From a virus, in the IMG/VR virus record IMGVR_UViG_3300008216_002531, positions 32,001 through 96,000 of that record: 64,000 nucleotides of DNA, one strand, 5' to 3'. The position numbers and the translations under genes are program-made. Shown piece after piece: positions 27,023 to 37,507 of this stretch; within the stretch, counting starts at the first letter, position 1; every line of letters begins with the position of its first letter. The notes beneath the pieces are model-generated. The model ran no database searches. It was given only the letters and a program-made list of their open reading frames with translations, and was not told where the DNA came from.

Positions 27023-27972
27023 TGTACTGAGCTTTTAATAGATCGATAAATTTCGTTCTCTAACTCCAGCCTGTCTTCATGCCCAGTTGAAACATATCCG
27101 TATAAGGTGTGTAGGGCTAAGCCTTTTCTAATAAACCCAAAACGAAGATCGTTTTCTTGCGCATAAATATTCATGGGGACTTCATCGTATGGCTCAAACG
27201 GACGAACATCTTCAATGTGTCTATACATATCAGTTCTCATCATACAAGTGTCATTGCACAAATATGGCCTCCAAGTCTTATCTATACTATAGTCATTCTT
27301 TTCAAGAAAGGATGGCACATTATTTGTTACAACGTCGGCCAACATTTTCTGCGCCTCAAAATCAACTCTAACCGGATGTACGCCTTTTAGCTCAGACTCT
27401 ATTTCGCCTACTGTTTTCCAGTATGCGTCTGGATTCCAAACGTCTGCTTCTAGAGTGTGTTTATTTAAAACGTCATAGCCTTTTTTACCCCACCTTTCTC
27501 CAGCCGTCTTTTCCATATCCTGAGATAGAAACATTTTATGAAGAGTGCTCTTGTCCTCTTCGGAGCAAAAATCATCTATAAACATATCGCAGGTGGGAAC
27601 ACCAATATTTACTACTGGGGTAAGTAACAATACGTTGGGGTCTTCATATAGCAATTCTCTGTTTTCAATCATATAATCCCACACATGATTGCTCATGATA
27701 ATGTCTTCATCAAACTTGACCGTGTACTTACAATTTTCTTCAAGCATTCCCCACATTTTGGCCTTGTAGTTATTTGTAGGTTTCCTGCCACTAAAATACA
27801 TTAGCTTGTATGGAACATCTGTTTCTAGATAGCTAAGATCTAGATTGTCTGTCATCATAAAGTTTATACTGAGAAGTTTTCTGTTCTCTGGCTTAATCTT
27901 ATTGATGAAGTGTATGAACAGATCTATGTAATCACGCCTGTGTTGTAAAAAGGTTATGCTAATCTCAGACAT
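27019..27972 (-). CDS. Putative GT-A fold glycosyltransferase
   Basis: YTVKFDEDI (DxD-like), DE..MN, late His; glycan cluster context. Confidence 0.6.
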   Translation of the reverse strand: MSEISITFLQHRRDYIDLFIHFINKIKPENRKLLSINFMMTDNLDLSYLETDVPYKLMYFSGRKPTNNYKAKMWGMLEENCKYTVKFDEDIIMSNHVWDYMIENRELLYEDPNVLLLTPVVNIGVPTCDMFIDDFCSEEDKSTLHKMFLSQDMEKTAGERWGKKGYDVLNKHTLEADVWNPDAYWKTVGEIESELKGVHPVRVDFEAQKMLADVVTNNVPSFLEKNDYSIDKTWRPYLCNDTCMMRTDMYRHIEDVRPFEPYDEVPMNIYAQENDLRFGFIRKGLALHTLYGYVSTGHEDRLELENEIYRSIKSSVQ

Positions 27973-28405
27973 GTGATCCCCACTTTTGAATATAGTCGGA
28001 GCATATACCGTAGCAATTTTGTAGGGAGTCTGGAGAAGCTAGCTCAGGCTTCATACAAATGGTTCTAGAGGTTATGTCATAGCCGGGATAACTAACTATG
28101 TATCCGTTGCTGGTTACACTGTAGTGATCTTCTTGATGCCAAAAACAGTGTATGTTTGTGTGGATAAGCATCTTGTCTAGGGCGGCTAAATTTTTTGCGT
28201 GACAGAGAAGCTTGTTGTTCATAAGAAAGTCAATATCGACTTCGAACTGTGGGTCGTCGTGACCTAGTATCCAAGCTCCATTCAGGTTCCAAACATCAAT
28301 CTCAACATGGTATCCCAATTTAAGGGCGTTCTTGATGTAGGATGGTCTATTTTCTTTTCCGGGGTCTGCGCCAATCAGATTTCCGCGATGTGATATAAGC
28401 TTCAT
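27965..28405 (-). CDS. PLC-like/glycerophosphodiester phosphodiesterase-fold protein
   Basis: ISHRGN...EN...YHVEIDVW...LGHD...CHAKN...GICSD. Confidence 0.75.
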   Translation of the reverse strand: MKLISHRGNLIGADPGKENRPSYIKNALKLGYHVEIDVWNLNGAWILGHDDPQFEVDIDFLMNNKLLCHAKNLAALDKMLIHTNIHCFWHQEDHYSVTSNGYIVSYPGYDITSRTICMKPELASPDSLQNCYGICSDYIQKWGSHV

Positions 28406-28406
28406 T

Positions 28407-29786
28407 CTACTTCTTTAGAAAAATTTCCAGATCTTCCGGGGTTCCCAAACCCCACATATTTTCTATTGGGAATATTCTAACCTTTTTATCGTCCTTTATA
28501 GCCTCATTGAAAACAGGGCAAACGTAGAATTCGTTATTCACACGCCTGTCTGCTGCTATCATCTGCTCTGCATATTTAACGTAGTCGCTACCCTTGGCCC
28601 AGTAGTATATTCCAACCGTTGCGTTATTGCTGATAGGCTTCTTCTCTGCCACCTCTGTTACGAATCCGCTGTCGTCAACTTTGGCAAAGCTCCATTTGGG
28701 ATGCACGGAGTCGAACGTAAGTATTCCGCCGTCCACGCCGTCTGCTTGCATAGCATACAAAAACTCATTACTGTCCCAGTCTACGAATTGGTCTGAATTG
28801 GCTGTCAAGAGAGGCTCATCATTGTCAATAAACTCTTTGGCGAGCAACGTAGTGCACGCTGCCCCCTCTGTTATACCATCCACCTGTACAATTTGGCAAC
28901 TTGGAGAAATTAGGTGTAACAAATATTGCAAATTATATTTTTCGTAGTGTTCTTTTTGCACAATAAATATGTGCTCGGCGTCTACGTTGATGTTTTCTAC
29001 CACAAGCTGGATCATTGGTTTTCCGCCCACCTCTATGAGTGGTTTTGGAAAGGTGTATCCTGCCTGTTCAAATCTCGAACCAGCCCCCGCCATTGGGATT
29101 AGAACCTTCATATTGCCCCCCTGCCATTTAGGTTTTAGGAATCTAGATTTATTTGTTTTGTTAGCCTTCGCTATGCTGTTGTTAATATTTTCCTGCGTTA
29201 CATCTTCTAAACCCTTCACACCCATAACATGGGCACCAGATTCGCTAGCCGCTTTTCTGCCGACATGAGAATCTTCTATAATCAGGCATTCTTTTGGGTT
29301 GACTCCCGCTTTTACCATACAGAGCAAGTAAATCTCTGAGTGGGGCTTAGGAGACTGCACATCTTCGTTTGAGAAGTATTCATCGATATGCTCCATGTAT
29401 CCGGCGCATAGAAGCATAAGCTTTACACTATGTCTGATAGAATTAGAGGCGCAGTATATCTGATAGCCTTTTCTTTTTAATACCTCTAATACTTTAGTAA
29501 TACGCTTGTGGTCGCTTATTTCAACTTTTTCCTTTATAACATCGGCGGTACATTCTTGTTTTCTTTGCCATATTTCTTTATAAGTTTCTTTTGGCAAACC
29601 TTTCTCTTTAGTCAATATCTCTAGTTTTTTTCTTGTGGGTAGACCATCATAGGTGGAGAGGTGTTCTTCTCTACTAATGATATATTGGTCATCGATGGAA
29701 GCTAGCGCTCTATTGAAAGCGTGATAGTGTATATCTCTAGCTTCTACTAGAACACCATCCAAATCGAAAATAACCAGTTTAATCAT
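28407..29786 (-). CDS. Bifunctional HAD phosphatase / sugar-phosphate nucleotidyltransferase fusion
   Basis: N-terminal FDLDGVL...KPHSEIY...IIEDS..G; C-terminal LIPMAGAGSRF...PKPLI...EKKPIS..ATVGIYY...LGTPEDL. Confidence 0.9.
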   Translation of the reverse strand: MIKLVIFDLDGVLVEARDIHYHAFNRALASIDDQYIISREEHLSTYDGLPTRKKLEILTKEKGLPKETYKEIWQRKQECTADVIKEKVEISDHKRITKVLEVLKRKGYQIYCASNSIRHSVKLMLLCAGYMEHIDEYFSNEDVQSPKPHSEIYLLCMVKAGVNPKECLIIEDSHVGRKAASESGAHVMGVKGLEDVTQENINNSIAKANKTNKSRFLKPKWQGGNMKVLIPMAGAGSRFEQAGYTFPKPLIEVGGKPMIQLVVENINVDAEHIFIVQKEHYEKYNLQYLLHLISPSCQIVQVDGITEGAACTTLLAKEFIDNDEPLLTANSDQFVDWDSNEFLYAMQADGVDGGILTFDSVHPKWSFAKVDDSGFVTEVAEKKPISNNATVGIYYWAKGSDYVKYAEQMIAADRRVNNEFYVCPVFNEAIKDDKKVRIFPIENMWGLGTPEDLEIFLKK

Positions 29787-30526
29787 GTAGATAGATCTCT
29801 TCTAATATAAGTATTGCTCATCAAATAATGAGCAATCGCAGGAAGAATCGGATCTTTATAATGTGTTAGTTCTACGGCGGAATGAGTATTCATTACGTAC
29901 TTGTACTTTTCTCTTATTCTGTCAGACCACTCGACATCCTCTGCCTGACCCCACACCACGTCCTCGTTTAGAGGTTCTTCTTGCATTACATGTTTCTTAG
30001 CAACCCAATATCCGCCAGAAATATACATGTATTTAGTATCTTTATAATCATACGGCGGAAAAAATGATCGCCCTTCTCTTATTTTTCCTCCCGGTGGACA
30101 CCACGGCTCCTTTTGAACCCATCCGGGCTTAACTCTTGGATCGTCTAGCACCACCCAGTCTCTGTATCTAGCCCCATTGTAATTTTTGACGACGTTCATA
30201 GCGATGTCCCAGTCGTCACCAAATTTTAGCCACCCTTTGTAGAATCCTCGCACCGGCCTGATATAGTCATGTGTGTATACAATAATATCATGCTTGGCTT
30301 CTTCTGTGATTATATTTTTTTTGCGAGTGATCCAACCCTTCTTAACAGTTTCATCAAATTTTATTACGCGGGTATTTTTTCTCTCCCATGCAAAATCGCC
30401 AACAATAATAATCTCATATTCGGGTATATTTTCTTCTTCGATAGCGTCAATGATTTGGTTTACTTTCGGGACATTGTCTGTTCCATCGTGACCGCTGTAT
30501 GTAACAATCCCGAATGTTAGTTTCAT
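29783..30526 (-). CDS. GT2-like glycosyltransferase
   Basis: YEIIIVG, ITRKKN, HDYI, GGYWVAK, EDVEWS. Confidence 0.75.
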   Translation of the reverse strand: MKLTFGIVTYSGHDGTDNVPKVNQIIDAIEEENIPEYEIIIVGDFAWERKNTRVIKFDETVKKGWITRKKNIITEEAKHDIIVYTHDYIRPVRGFYKGWLKFGDDWDIAMNVVKNYNGARYRDWVVLDDPRVKPGWVQKEPWCPPGGKIREGRSFFPPYDYKDTKYMYISGGYWVAKKHVMQEEPLNEDVVWGQAEDVEWSDRIREKYKYVMNTHSAVELTHYKDPILPAIAHYLMSNTYIRRDLST

Positions 30527-31584
30527 ACTTCAATCCCCATCATCTTTTTTACCTGTTCGTATACCGCCAGACATCTCTCTGATTCATCTTCTAGGCCAAA
30601 CTCGCGAAGCATCTTGGACACCCTGTGAAAATATGTGTGATCATTCATAACGGTTTTATATCCTCTTCTGATATAAGGAAGTCTTTCATCGGGATATCTC
30701 ACAAAATGGTCAACAAGCTCGTGAAATTCTTCGGCGGTGTCTGCAAAAACAATTTCGTCGTTGGTGAAAATATCATCCTTCATTGATTGAACATGGTCAG
30801 AAATACAAAAAGACCTATTAGACAAAATCTTGAAAGTTCTTTCGTTTATATCAAAGCCGAAGTCTGTGGCATGTGGCTCACTGACGTTTGGACAGATTTT
30901 AGAAGAAGACAAAAGATGTTTGACCTGATCATCATTAATCCAACCCATATAGTGGGCACCGGGCCATCCTTGGTTTCCAAAAAACTTTACATTGTACTTG
31001 CCGACCGGGTGGGTTAAAGGCATCAGATACCTGTCTATGTTCTGCGCTTTGTAGGGCCAATACCCACCAACAAACGACACGTCGCATTCATATTCTGGCT
31101 TGAATACGCCTCTGGTATACATAAATATATCAGCGCCATTCATTATGGATACTGTCCTACAGCCAGCTTCCTCCCACCCATTGTGTGTTTTTCCCACCCA
31201 GTTGTCGTGATAATAGATGTGTAAGAAGTCGGGCTTTCCCGTTTCCGTTTTCAGTTTTTCTACAAGCTTTTTCTCTTCTTCATTAGCAAACAAAACGCCA
31301 TATTGGTCAGGATTTATTTCGTTTTGCATATCACCCCAGTCAGAGCCTTTCATCATGACTTTTAGGTGCGGCCTTTCTTTTATGCATTTATATAAGGCGT
31401 CATCTAAATTGTATGTCTGCCCAAAGAACATGTCTGGTTCGAATTCGTCAAAAGCATCAAAAGCATTTTTTTTATGTATGTCCCATAAAGTTGCCTCATA
31501 CCCCATGGAGTCAAAAACCTTGCCCCACCCCATTCTAATATGGTAGTGTGCGTGAGGGCCATCGCTTGAAATCATTACTTTCAT
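30523..31584 (-). CDS. CgeB-like glycosyltransferase (GT-B)
   Basis: CDVSFVGG, SSKICPNV, INERTFKI, HTYFHRV. Confidence 0.8.
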   Translation of the reverse strand: MKVMISSDGPHAHYHIRMGWGKVFDSMGYEATLWDIHKKNAFDAFDEFEPDMFFGQTYNLDDALYKCIKERPHLKVMMKGSDWGDMQNEINPDQYGVLFANEEEKKLVEKLKTETGKPDFLHIYYHDNWVGKTHNGWEEAGCRTVSIMNGADIFMYTRGVFKPEYECDVSFVGGYWPYKAQNIDRYLMPLTHPVGKYNVKFFGNQGWPGAHYMGWINDDQVKHLLSSSKICPNVSEPHATDFGFDINERTFKILSNRSFCISDHVQSMKDDIFTNDEIVFADTAEEFHELVDHFVRYPDERLPYIRRGYKTVMNDHTYFHRVSKMLREFGLEDESERCLAVYEQVKKMMGIEV

Positions 31585-31585
31585 T

Positions 31586-32317
31586 TTATTTATCCCAGCG
31601 CGGAATATCTTTTATAGAATCCACTTCTGTTATTTGCATTCCCTTTGGTTCATCCGCCAGTATGCGTCCACCATTTTCAATTACCATGTTTAATATTTCG
31701 AATGTATACCTTTTATTATTTTCCCTATCGTTGCAAAATGTCGTAAAAAGATCCAGTTCTTTACCCGTTAGGTAGACTATTTGCGCCCATTTGGCAGGCA
31801 GCCCGTATGAAAAATGCACGACGCTGTCTTCGACAATCGTGACTCCTATCTCGTTTTTTTGAAATCTGCTTTGTGTGTCTATTAAAGCGCAAGACCCACA
31901 TTGTGTAAGATTTTGCAAAGTAAAAACATTGAATATCAAATCCCCATTGATAATTATAATATCGTTATTCACGGCATTATTTAATGATAGCCTTATGCTT
32001 TCTACCATATTTGTTTCAGAATAAAGCTGGTTTTCAACAATTCTAACCTCTTTTGAAACAGCCTTTACCACTCTGTCAGATTCAAAGCCGGTAGCTACAA
32101 TTATTTCACAATGAGGATATACCTTTTTAACGTTGCTAATTATCTTGTTTAGAATGGTGGATCCGTTTGATGTAGGAAGCAAACACTTTGGCCCATAGGA
32201 TTTCATCCTACTCCCTAGCCCGGCGGCGGGTATTATTACACTTACAAGCTTGTGTTCTGATTTTCCAGCGTCTAACGCTCTAGCGGGAGCTATGAATCGA
32301 GAATTTTTTTTAACCAT
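31586..32317 (-). CDS. LicC-like sugar/choline-phosphate nucleotidyltransferase
   Basis: IIPAAGLGSRMKSYGPKCLL, N..Y.ETN, IINGDLIF, EVDS.KD. Confidence 0.8.
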   Translation of the reverse strand: MVKKNSRFIAPARALDAGKSEHKLVSVIIPAAGLGSRMKSYGPKCLLPTSNGSTILNKIISNVKKVYPHCEIIVATGFESDRVVKAVSKEVRIVENQLYSETNMVESIRLSLNNAVNNDIIIINGDLIFNVFTLQNLTQCGSCALIDTQSRFQKNEIGVTIVEDSVVHFSYGLPAKWAQIVYLTGKELDLFTTFCNDRENNKRYTFEILNMVIENGGRILADEPKGMQITEVDSIKDIPRWDK

Positions 32318-33131
32318 TCATCCTCTTGTTCATTTTAGACATCATATACTGGAAATTATTATAGAACACCTCGGGCGTGACGTTTGTGGTTTGGTTATAC
32401 CCTGTGATAGTTGCCTTAGCCAAAGATTCCGGTATGTGGACAATCATAAATTGTTCGCTTATTCTAATCCATAAATCGTAGTCTTCTGAACAACCTATGA
32501 ATTCTCCTGTTGCTGGCCCATGAAGATTAACATCGTAAAATCCCGTTGCTTCGTTTGTAGCGGCAAGCGCCAACTTATTTATGAGAGCATTGCTGTGAAC
32601 AATACATTCACTCATAAGAACATCTTTGTTGTAGGGCTGTTTATACTCCCTTACAATTTTTCCAGTACTTAGGTCGTGTATATCGTAGTCTGCATAGACC
32701 ACTCCAATTTTTACAGGATCTTCTAAAAGCTTTTGCGCCATACGGCTGACTTTGTTTGGATAATATTCGTCATCAGCGTCAAGTATTGCAAATGCATGCG
32801 TTTCTTCCCAAGCATATTGTATCCCCGTGTTTCTTGCCGAGCTAGCCCCTTTATTTTCTTGATGGATAGCAATAAACTTTTGATTCGGATGGTCTCCTTC
32901 AGACTCTATTACCAGCATATCGTCTACAGTTTTTACTTCTCCACCAACTCTTTTTTGTATGATTTCCCAAGAATCATCTGTGGAGCCATCATTAACTATA
33001 CATATTTGTAGTTTGCCGGGATAATTTTGACCAGCGGCGCTATTTATAGCTGTCTCTACGTGGTTGCCGTAATTATAATTTGCAATTACGATTGTTATAA
33101 CGGGTAGATCGTTTTCATTCATAGTATTCAT
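32310..33131 (-). CDS. GT2 glycosyltransferase
   Basis: IVIANYNY, VNDGSTD, NKGASSARNTG, LDADD, EDYDLWIR. Confidence 0.92.
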   Translation of the reverse strand: MNTMNENDLPVITIVIANYNYGNHVETAINSAAGQNYPGKLQICIVNDGSTDDSWEIIQKRVGGEVKTVDDMLVIESEGDHPNQKFIAIHQENKGASSARNTGIQYAWEETHAFAILDADDEYYPNKVSRMAQKLLEDPVKIGVVYADYDIHDLSTGKIVREYKQPYNKDVLMSECIVHSNALINKLALAATNEATGFYDVNLHGPATGEFIGCSEDYDLWIRISEQFMIVHIPESLAKATITGYNQTTNVTPEVFYNNFQYMMSKMNKRMNG

Positions 33132-33903
33132 TCCAAGACTTTACGAATGATTCGCGATCTGTATCTTTTGCGAACATCTCTATCTTTTCTAGTATAGACA
33201 TCTTACTGTTACTGCCACGTAGGAATTTATGAACTACGCACTGTATTGTTAAGCCATTTAAATCGTCTTTAGGCTTAATCATACTGATTGCTTCAAGGTT
33301 GAAATTTACTGCTTCATTTAGTTTGAGTATAAAATTATGGGGAATGCTCGACCCAGATCTGAATACTGAGTAATATCCATTTGTACACTTTATAAAAGCT
33401 TCGTCTATCATGGCTAGTTCTTCGCTCTTACTTTCAATCATTGTCACAATATAAAACGAAACATCAACCCTGTCAAGATATTCATGTGTTTTATGTCTAA
33501 CATCAAATCCGTCTTTAATCTCTGGGTCTTGCACTACTACGATTACAGAAGCTGGCTTGTTGGATTGGGACGCGATGTCGGTCAGCGTTTTTTCTAGATC
33601 TTCCATAGTCGATTCTACTAGATGTAGGACTATGAAATTGACTGGAATAGAAGTTTCTAACAATATTTGCTGTTTTGGATCATCAACACTGTCGCCCCAC
33701 TGGGAATCCCTGTAGCACTGACAAAACCTATCTATAATGTAGAATTCTTCAGATTCGTCTTCTGCTTCTTTTACTATCGCCCCCGCGTTCTTAAAAACCT
33801 CAAGCTTATTCAATTCACAACCAATCTGCGTGATACCAATTTTTTGAGCAAAAAAACATCCTTTACAGGACGATATCATTTTATTATCGCTAATATCTGT
33901 CAT
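33115..33903 (-). CDS. Hypothetical protein (Cys-containing N-terminus, degenerate GT-A-like C-terminus)
   Basis: SCKGCFFA...C...C N-terminus; LEKTL..I..Q...P..VIVV resembles a GT2 start but has no DxD. Confidence 0.5.
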   Translation of the reverse strand: MTDISDNKMISSCKGCFFAQKIGITQIGCELNKLEVFKNAGAIVKEAEDESEEFYIIDRFCQCYRDSQWGDSVDDPKQQILLETSIPVNFIVLHLVESTMEDLEKTLTDIASQSNKPASVIVVVQDPEIKDGFDVRHKTHEYLDRVDVSFYIVTMIESKSEELAMIDEAFIKCTNGYYSVFRSGSSIPHNFILKLNEAVNFNLEAISMIKPKDDLNGLTIQCVVHKFLRGSNSKMSILEKIEMFAKDTDRESFVKSWNEYYE

Positions 33904-34370
33904 GGTCTAACCGCCTCTACTATCATTTTGAACCCGCTGACTCTCTTTTTCAGAATCTTTAAACCGTGTTCTTCTAGAGTTTTTGCCAAGTCAGTAGCGG
34001 TGGTGTGGCTCGCCTTAAACTCCCAAGGGTTATTTTGTTTCCCGTGTAGGACGTTAGAGATTTCTTCTGCGCTAATTCCCTGTTGAGATATGATTTTAGC
34101 TATTTCATAAATATCATGACCACCTATGGCTATTCTCCCCTTGTGTCTCAATTTTGTAACCCAGTGGCCAATAGCTTTAGCAACCACCTCTTTAGGAAGA
34201 TAGTCGATAACATCTCCCGCTAAAATTTCAGTAGCTTCTGCATCTCCCACTATATCATTTAGATCGGTGATATCGCCATTAACAACATCCTCTTTGTCAT
34301 AGCTGTGCGGATCTACATTGGTATAACCAGAAAGAGGACTTCCATTGCCCCACATCAAATTTATCCTCAT
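33900..34370 (-). CDS. Methyltransferase type 11-like protein (short)
   Basis: RINLMWG....GYTNVD...GDI...EI.A.DVIDY....W...L...G pattern. Confidence 0.6.
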   Translation of the reverse strand: MRINLMWGNGSPLSGYTNVDPHSYDKEDVVNGDITDLNDIVGDAEATEILAGDVIDYLPKEVVAKAIGHWVTKLRHKGRIAIGGHDIYEIAKIISQQGISAEEISNVLHGKQNNPWEFKASHTTATDLAKTLEEHGLKILKKRVSGFKMIVEAVRP

Positions 34371-35092
34371 TGATTTCTCCTTATCGCAGCCAGCGCGTTA
34401 AATGGACTCGTTTTACCTCTAACCCACGTCTTTAAATTTGTTTCTTTAAAATGTAGAATATCCTTCTTGACTGGTATATTAACCAGACTAAAATCTTGAT
34501 TGTTTTCTAGTATGTAAGATACCGCTTCGTCTAATCTAAAGTCTTCATGATCGTTTTGAAATAATTCATCATAATCGTGTTTTTCGGATATGCTATCTGT
34601 TAAACGGGGTGAGACATCGTGAAACGCAATTGTCGCATCTTCTGTTAACCAAGGCAGGACTTTATTAAAATCATTTACAACCTGTTTGAAAGAATGAAAC
34701 CCATCTATAAAAACAAAACTTAGCGGATTTCCATTATAATGTTCTTCTAGATTATTGCTGTCGCATTCAATCTTTTTAGAGACCATTGAAAACCCGCCCA
34801 TTTTATATACATTCTTATCAAACATTCCATACTTGTCAAAATCACAATCTACAGAATATACAGTTGGGTGGTTTTCAACAAGCATCCGTCTTGCTAGGCA
34901 CATTAGAACCGCTGATCCTCCGCAGAACGACCCAATTTCCATCCAGTCGGCTCGTGGGCTGGAGTTTAAAGTCAGCCATAAAAGACACTCCTGTTCATTA
35001 GGCCACAGGCCAATAGCATTAGGCATCCAATGAGAAAGTATTCCAAATCTCTTGAACTGATAGATCAAAGTAAAAATTTTATCTTCATGCAT
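34367..35092 (-). CDS. Class I SAM-dependent methyltransferase (Methyltransf_24-like)
   Basis: MEIGSFCGGSA, VYSVD, FVFIDGFHSF..V..DF, IAFHD. Confidence 0.85.
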   Translation of the reverse strand: MHEDKIFTLIYQFKRFGILSHWMPNAIGLWPNEQECLLWLTLNSSPRADWMEIGSFCGGSAVLMCLARRMLVENHPTVYSVDCDFDKYGMFDKNVYKMGGFSMVSKKIECDSNNLEEHYNGNPLSFVFIDGFHSFKQVVNDFNKVLPWLTEDATIAFHDVSPRLTDSISEKHDYDELFQNDHEDFRLDEAVSYILENNQDFSLVNIPVKKDILHFKETNLKTWVRGKTSPFNALAAIRRNQ

Positions 35093-36086
35093 CTACTATG
35101 TTCCAGAATACATTGTTCCATTCAGAAACGAATCTATCCATACTGAATTTTTCTTTTATGGTTTGTCTTGCGGCCTGTCCTAGTTTTCTACAAAGATCAG
35201 GATCATTAAGCAATAAGACCATGTATTCGCGCATTTCATTTTCATCGTTTGTGCAAAAACCATTTACGCCATTTTCAATAATTTCTGGTATGAGGCAGGT
35301 GGCGGTAGACACTATGGCGCACCCACAAGCCATAGCTTCTAACAGAGAGCAAGGAACTGGAGAATGAGTAGATGTATTAACAAATATTTGGGATTCAGAA
35401 TAATCTTGCCTGAGAGCCTCTAGTGACTCAGCCGGTACAGACAATCCGGGGGTGTCTCCAACCACATGACATGGCAGCCCATTTGCCGTTCTTTCCCAAA
35501 TTTTATAACCGCAACACCAATCTCTATTCACCCAATCATTGACAACAGACATCATTCTTTGTTGTCGTTCAGAATCTGTAGGTTTCCAAAAATCAACATC
35601 TACCCCGTGATATACTGTTGTCGCATTGTTTACACTGTCACCCCAAGCGTCTTGATTGTAGTCAGATATAAAAACGCTTAAGTCGCAGGGTAGGTTGCTA
35701 TAAAAATTAATCTCTTCTGGTGCCCAAACGGTGGGAGGTAAAGTGTGCCACAAGTTAATCAAAGGCACTCGAAAGAACCCAGCCAATTGGCTGGCTAGGG
35801 AATATTGAGCCATAACATTTTGACAAAGAACCAGATCAATATCGATGTGGAGAGGGATGGGATTCTCGTTGACATCCGAATTTAAAATATGGTAGTTGTC
35901 TGGTATTTTGGCGTATTGTGTCTTCCAACTCCTGATCCCCTCTCCAGACAAGGAATAAAACTCGTGTCCGGTCTTGCACAAGTTTGGCTCATATCTTTCA
36001 TGGGTAACAAAAGTTAATATATTGAGAGGCTCGCCATCTTGTCTGGTTGCGGCTCTCGTGATAGTAGATAAAGGGCTAACCGGCAT
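35085..36086 (-). CDS. GT4 (GT-B) glycosyltransferase
   Basis: VYHGVD, FVNTS..SPVP.SLLEAMACGC, EIIENGVNG, G..AR.TI.EKFS. Confidence 0.9.
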   Translation of the reverse strand: MPVSPLSTITRAATRQDGEPLNILTFVTHERYEPNLCKTGHEFYSLSGEGIRSWKTQYAKIPDNYHILNSDVNENPIPLHIDIDLVLCQNVMAQYSLASQLAGFFRVPLINLWHTLPPTVWAPEEINFYSNLPCDLSVFISDYNQDAWGDSVNNATTVYHGVDVDFWKPTDSERQQRMMSVVNDWVNRDWCCGYKIWERTANGLPCHVVGDTPGLSVPAESLEALRQDYSESQIFVNTSTHSPVPCSLLEAMACGCAIVSTATCLIPEIIENGVNGFCTNDENEMREYMVLLLNDPDLCRKLGQAARQTIKEKFSMDRFVSEWNNVFWNIVDA

Positions 36087-37209
36087 TTTCTAATTCTTTT
36101 TTAATGAGAAGTCCTACGTTTTTATAAGAGTACTGCTCCGCTGACAATCTTCCTTGTTTTTTAGCTTCCGAATAGGCGGCTTTGTCATTTTTCCACATTT
36201 CAAACACGCCTCTCATTTCCTTTTGTAAAGCCCTAATATCAATCCCCCACCAGTTTTCATGTCCTGTATAGATGTCTGAAAAAGTTTCTAGCATACCAAA
36301 AACTGGTTCTTTTCTAGTCGGAACCAAGGAGCCACCACCATTTTTCATAAACTCTGACGGACCTCCTACGTCTGAGCATATAGGAGTATTGCCAAAGCCC
36401 ATGGCGTCAAAGGCGGGTATGCACCAAGCCTCTCCATAGCTAGGCATCACGAAGCAGTCGCACGTATTGTGCAGGCTAAGAAGTTCTTCTTCTGTTATAT
36501 GGTCTGTTACTATTAATTCATACTTATACTTATCAATAGACGGGTATAGCTTGAGATTTTCTTTTATCCTGTTACACATGCTTTTAACATGTTCCATAGT
36601 TTCTGTTGGCTCTGTGTTGTATTTTGTAGCCTTGATCATCAGGGAAACGTCTTCTGATATATCAAATTCTAGGTGGAAGGCTTTAATTAAAGCGACCAGA
36701 TTTTTTCTTCTGACCAGATCTCCAATAAAATAAAATGAAAACGTATTATTTAAATCTGGGATATTGAAAACTGGGCGAGCTTGATCAAATTTACTAGTGT
36801 CGGAGGCACACGGAATGGTTTTGATGGGTATTGAGACACCACTATTTCGTGAGGCCTGAGCCATTTGGTCGCAGGCGACCCAAGCTTCATCCATCATATT
36901 AATTCTCTGTGGCCAAACAGAGTTAGTAAACGAGTCTGTTTCAGTGAAGTACATCGCTATGTTTTTATCAAAATGGCCGTTATAATCAAGGTAGTGCGGG
37001 AGAACATTTTGTATGCAAATATTAGCCCCTCTGAGCGGCTTCTGTTCAAGCTCAATTATTCTTTCGGGGATTTCGTAATTATTCTCGTTAAGTTTTATGG
37101 GGCGACACACCACATCTAGACCCACATGATCCATTGCTAGAATGTAATCAATCGCTGCTTGACCCCAGCCAGTGCCATCTCTATAACAGCCTATAAATAA
37201 TACTTTCAT
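36076..37209 (-). CDS. GT4 (GT-B) glycosyltransferase
   Basis: RRKNL..LIKAF, DCFVMPSYGEAWCIPAFDAM..G. Confidence 0.88.
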   Translation of the reverse strand: MKVLFIGCYRDGTGWGQAAIDYILAMDHVGLDVVCRPIKLNENNYEIPERIIELEQKPLRGANICIQNVLPHYLDYNGHFDKNIAMYFTETDSFTNSVWPQRINMMDEAWVACDQMAQASRNSGVSIPIKTIPCASDTSKFDQARPVFNIPDLNNTFSFYFIGDLVRRKNLVALIKAFHLEFDISEDVSLMIKATKYNTEPTETMEHVKSMCNRIKENLKLYPSIDKYKYELIVTDHITEEELLSLHNTCDCFVMPSYGEAWCIPAFDAMGFGNTPICSDVGGPSEFMKNGGGSLVPTRKEPVFGMLETFSDIYTGHENWWGIDIRALQKEMRGVFEMWKNDKAAYSEAKKQGRLSAEQYSYKNVGLLIKKELENAG

Positions 37210-37222
37210 TTCTTCTATCTAT

Positions 37223-37507
37223 CTAAAAGTCAAAAAAAGCTACGCACTGTTCGCCTTCTTCTGTGAACCGCATACTGCAAGACTTGTTCATGAATTTAAG
37301 AAGCTCTTCGGGCGATAAACCTTTAATGATGTAGCTACCTTCAGTATACTTTTTCTCAAAACTTGTGACGTGTAAATCTCCAGTTTTGGAGTGAGAAGCT
37401 CTTGCAGAAGCAAGATCGCTACTGAAAGAATTCCATTCTACAGAAACTGTTACTTCGTTGTCAAACGTTATTTCAAATCCGGTCTTGTCTTTAAACACTT
37501 GAAACAT
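37223..37507 (-). CDS. Hypothetical protein (94 aa)
   Basis: ORF in the coupled - strand run; GFEITFDNEVTVSV. Confidence 0.55.
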   Translation of the reverse strand: MFQVFKDKTGFEITFDNEVTVSVEWNSFSSDLASARASHSKTGDLHVTSFEKKYTEGSYIIKGLSPEELLKFMNKSCSMRFTEEGEQCVAFFDF

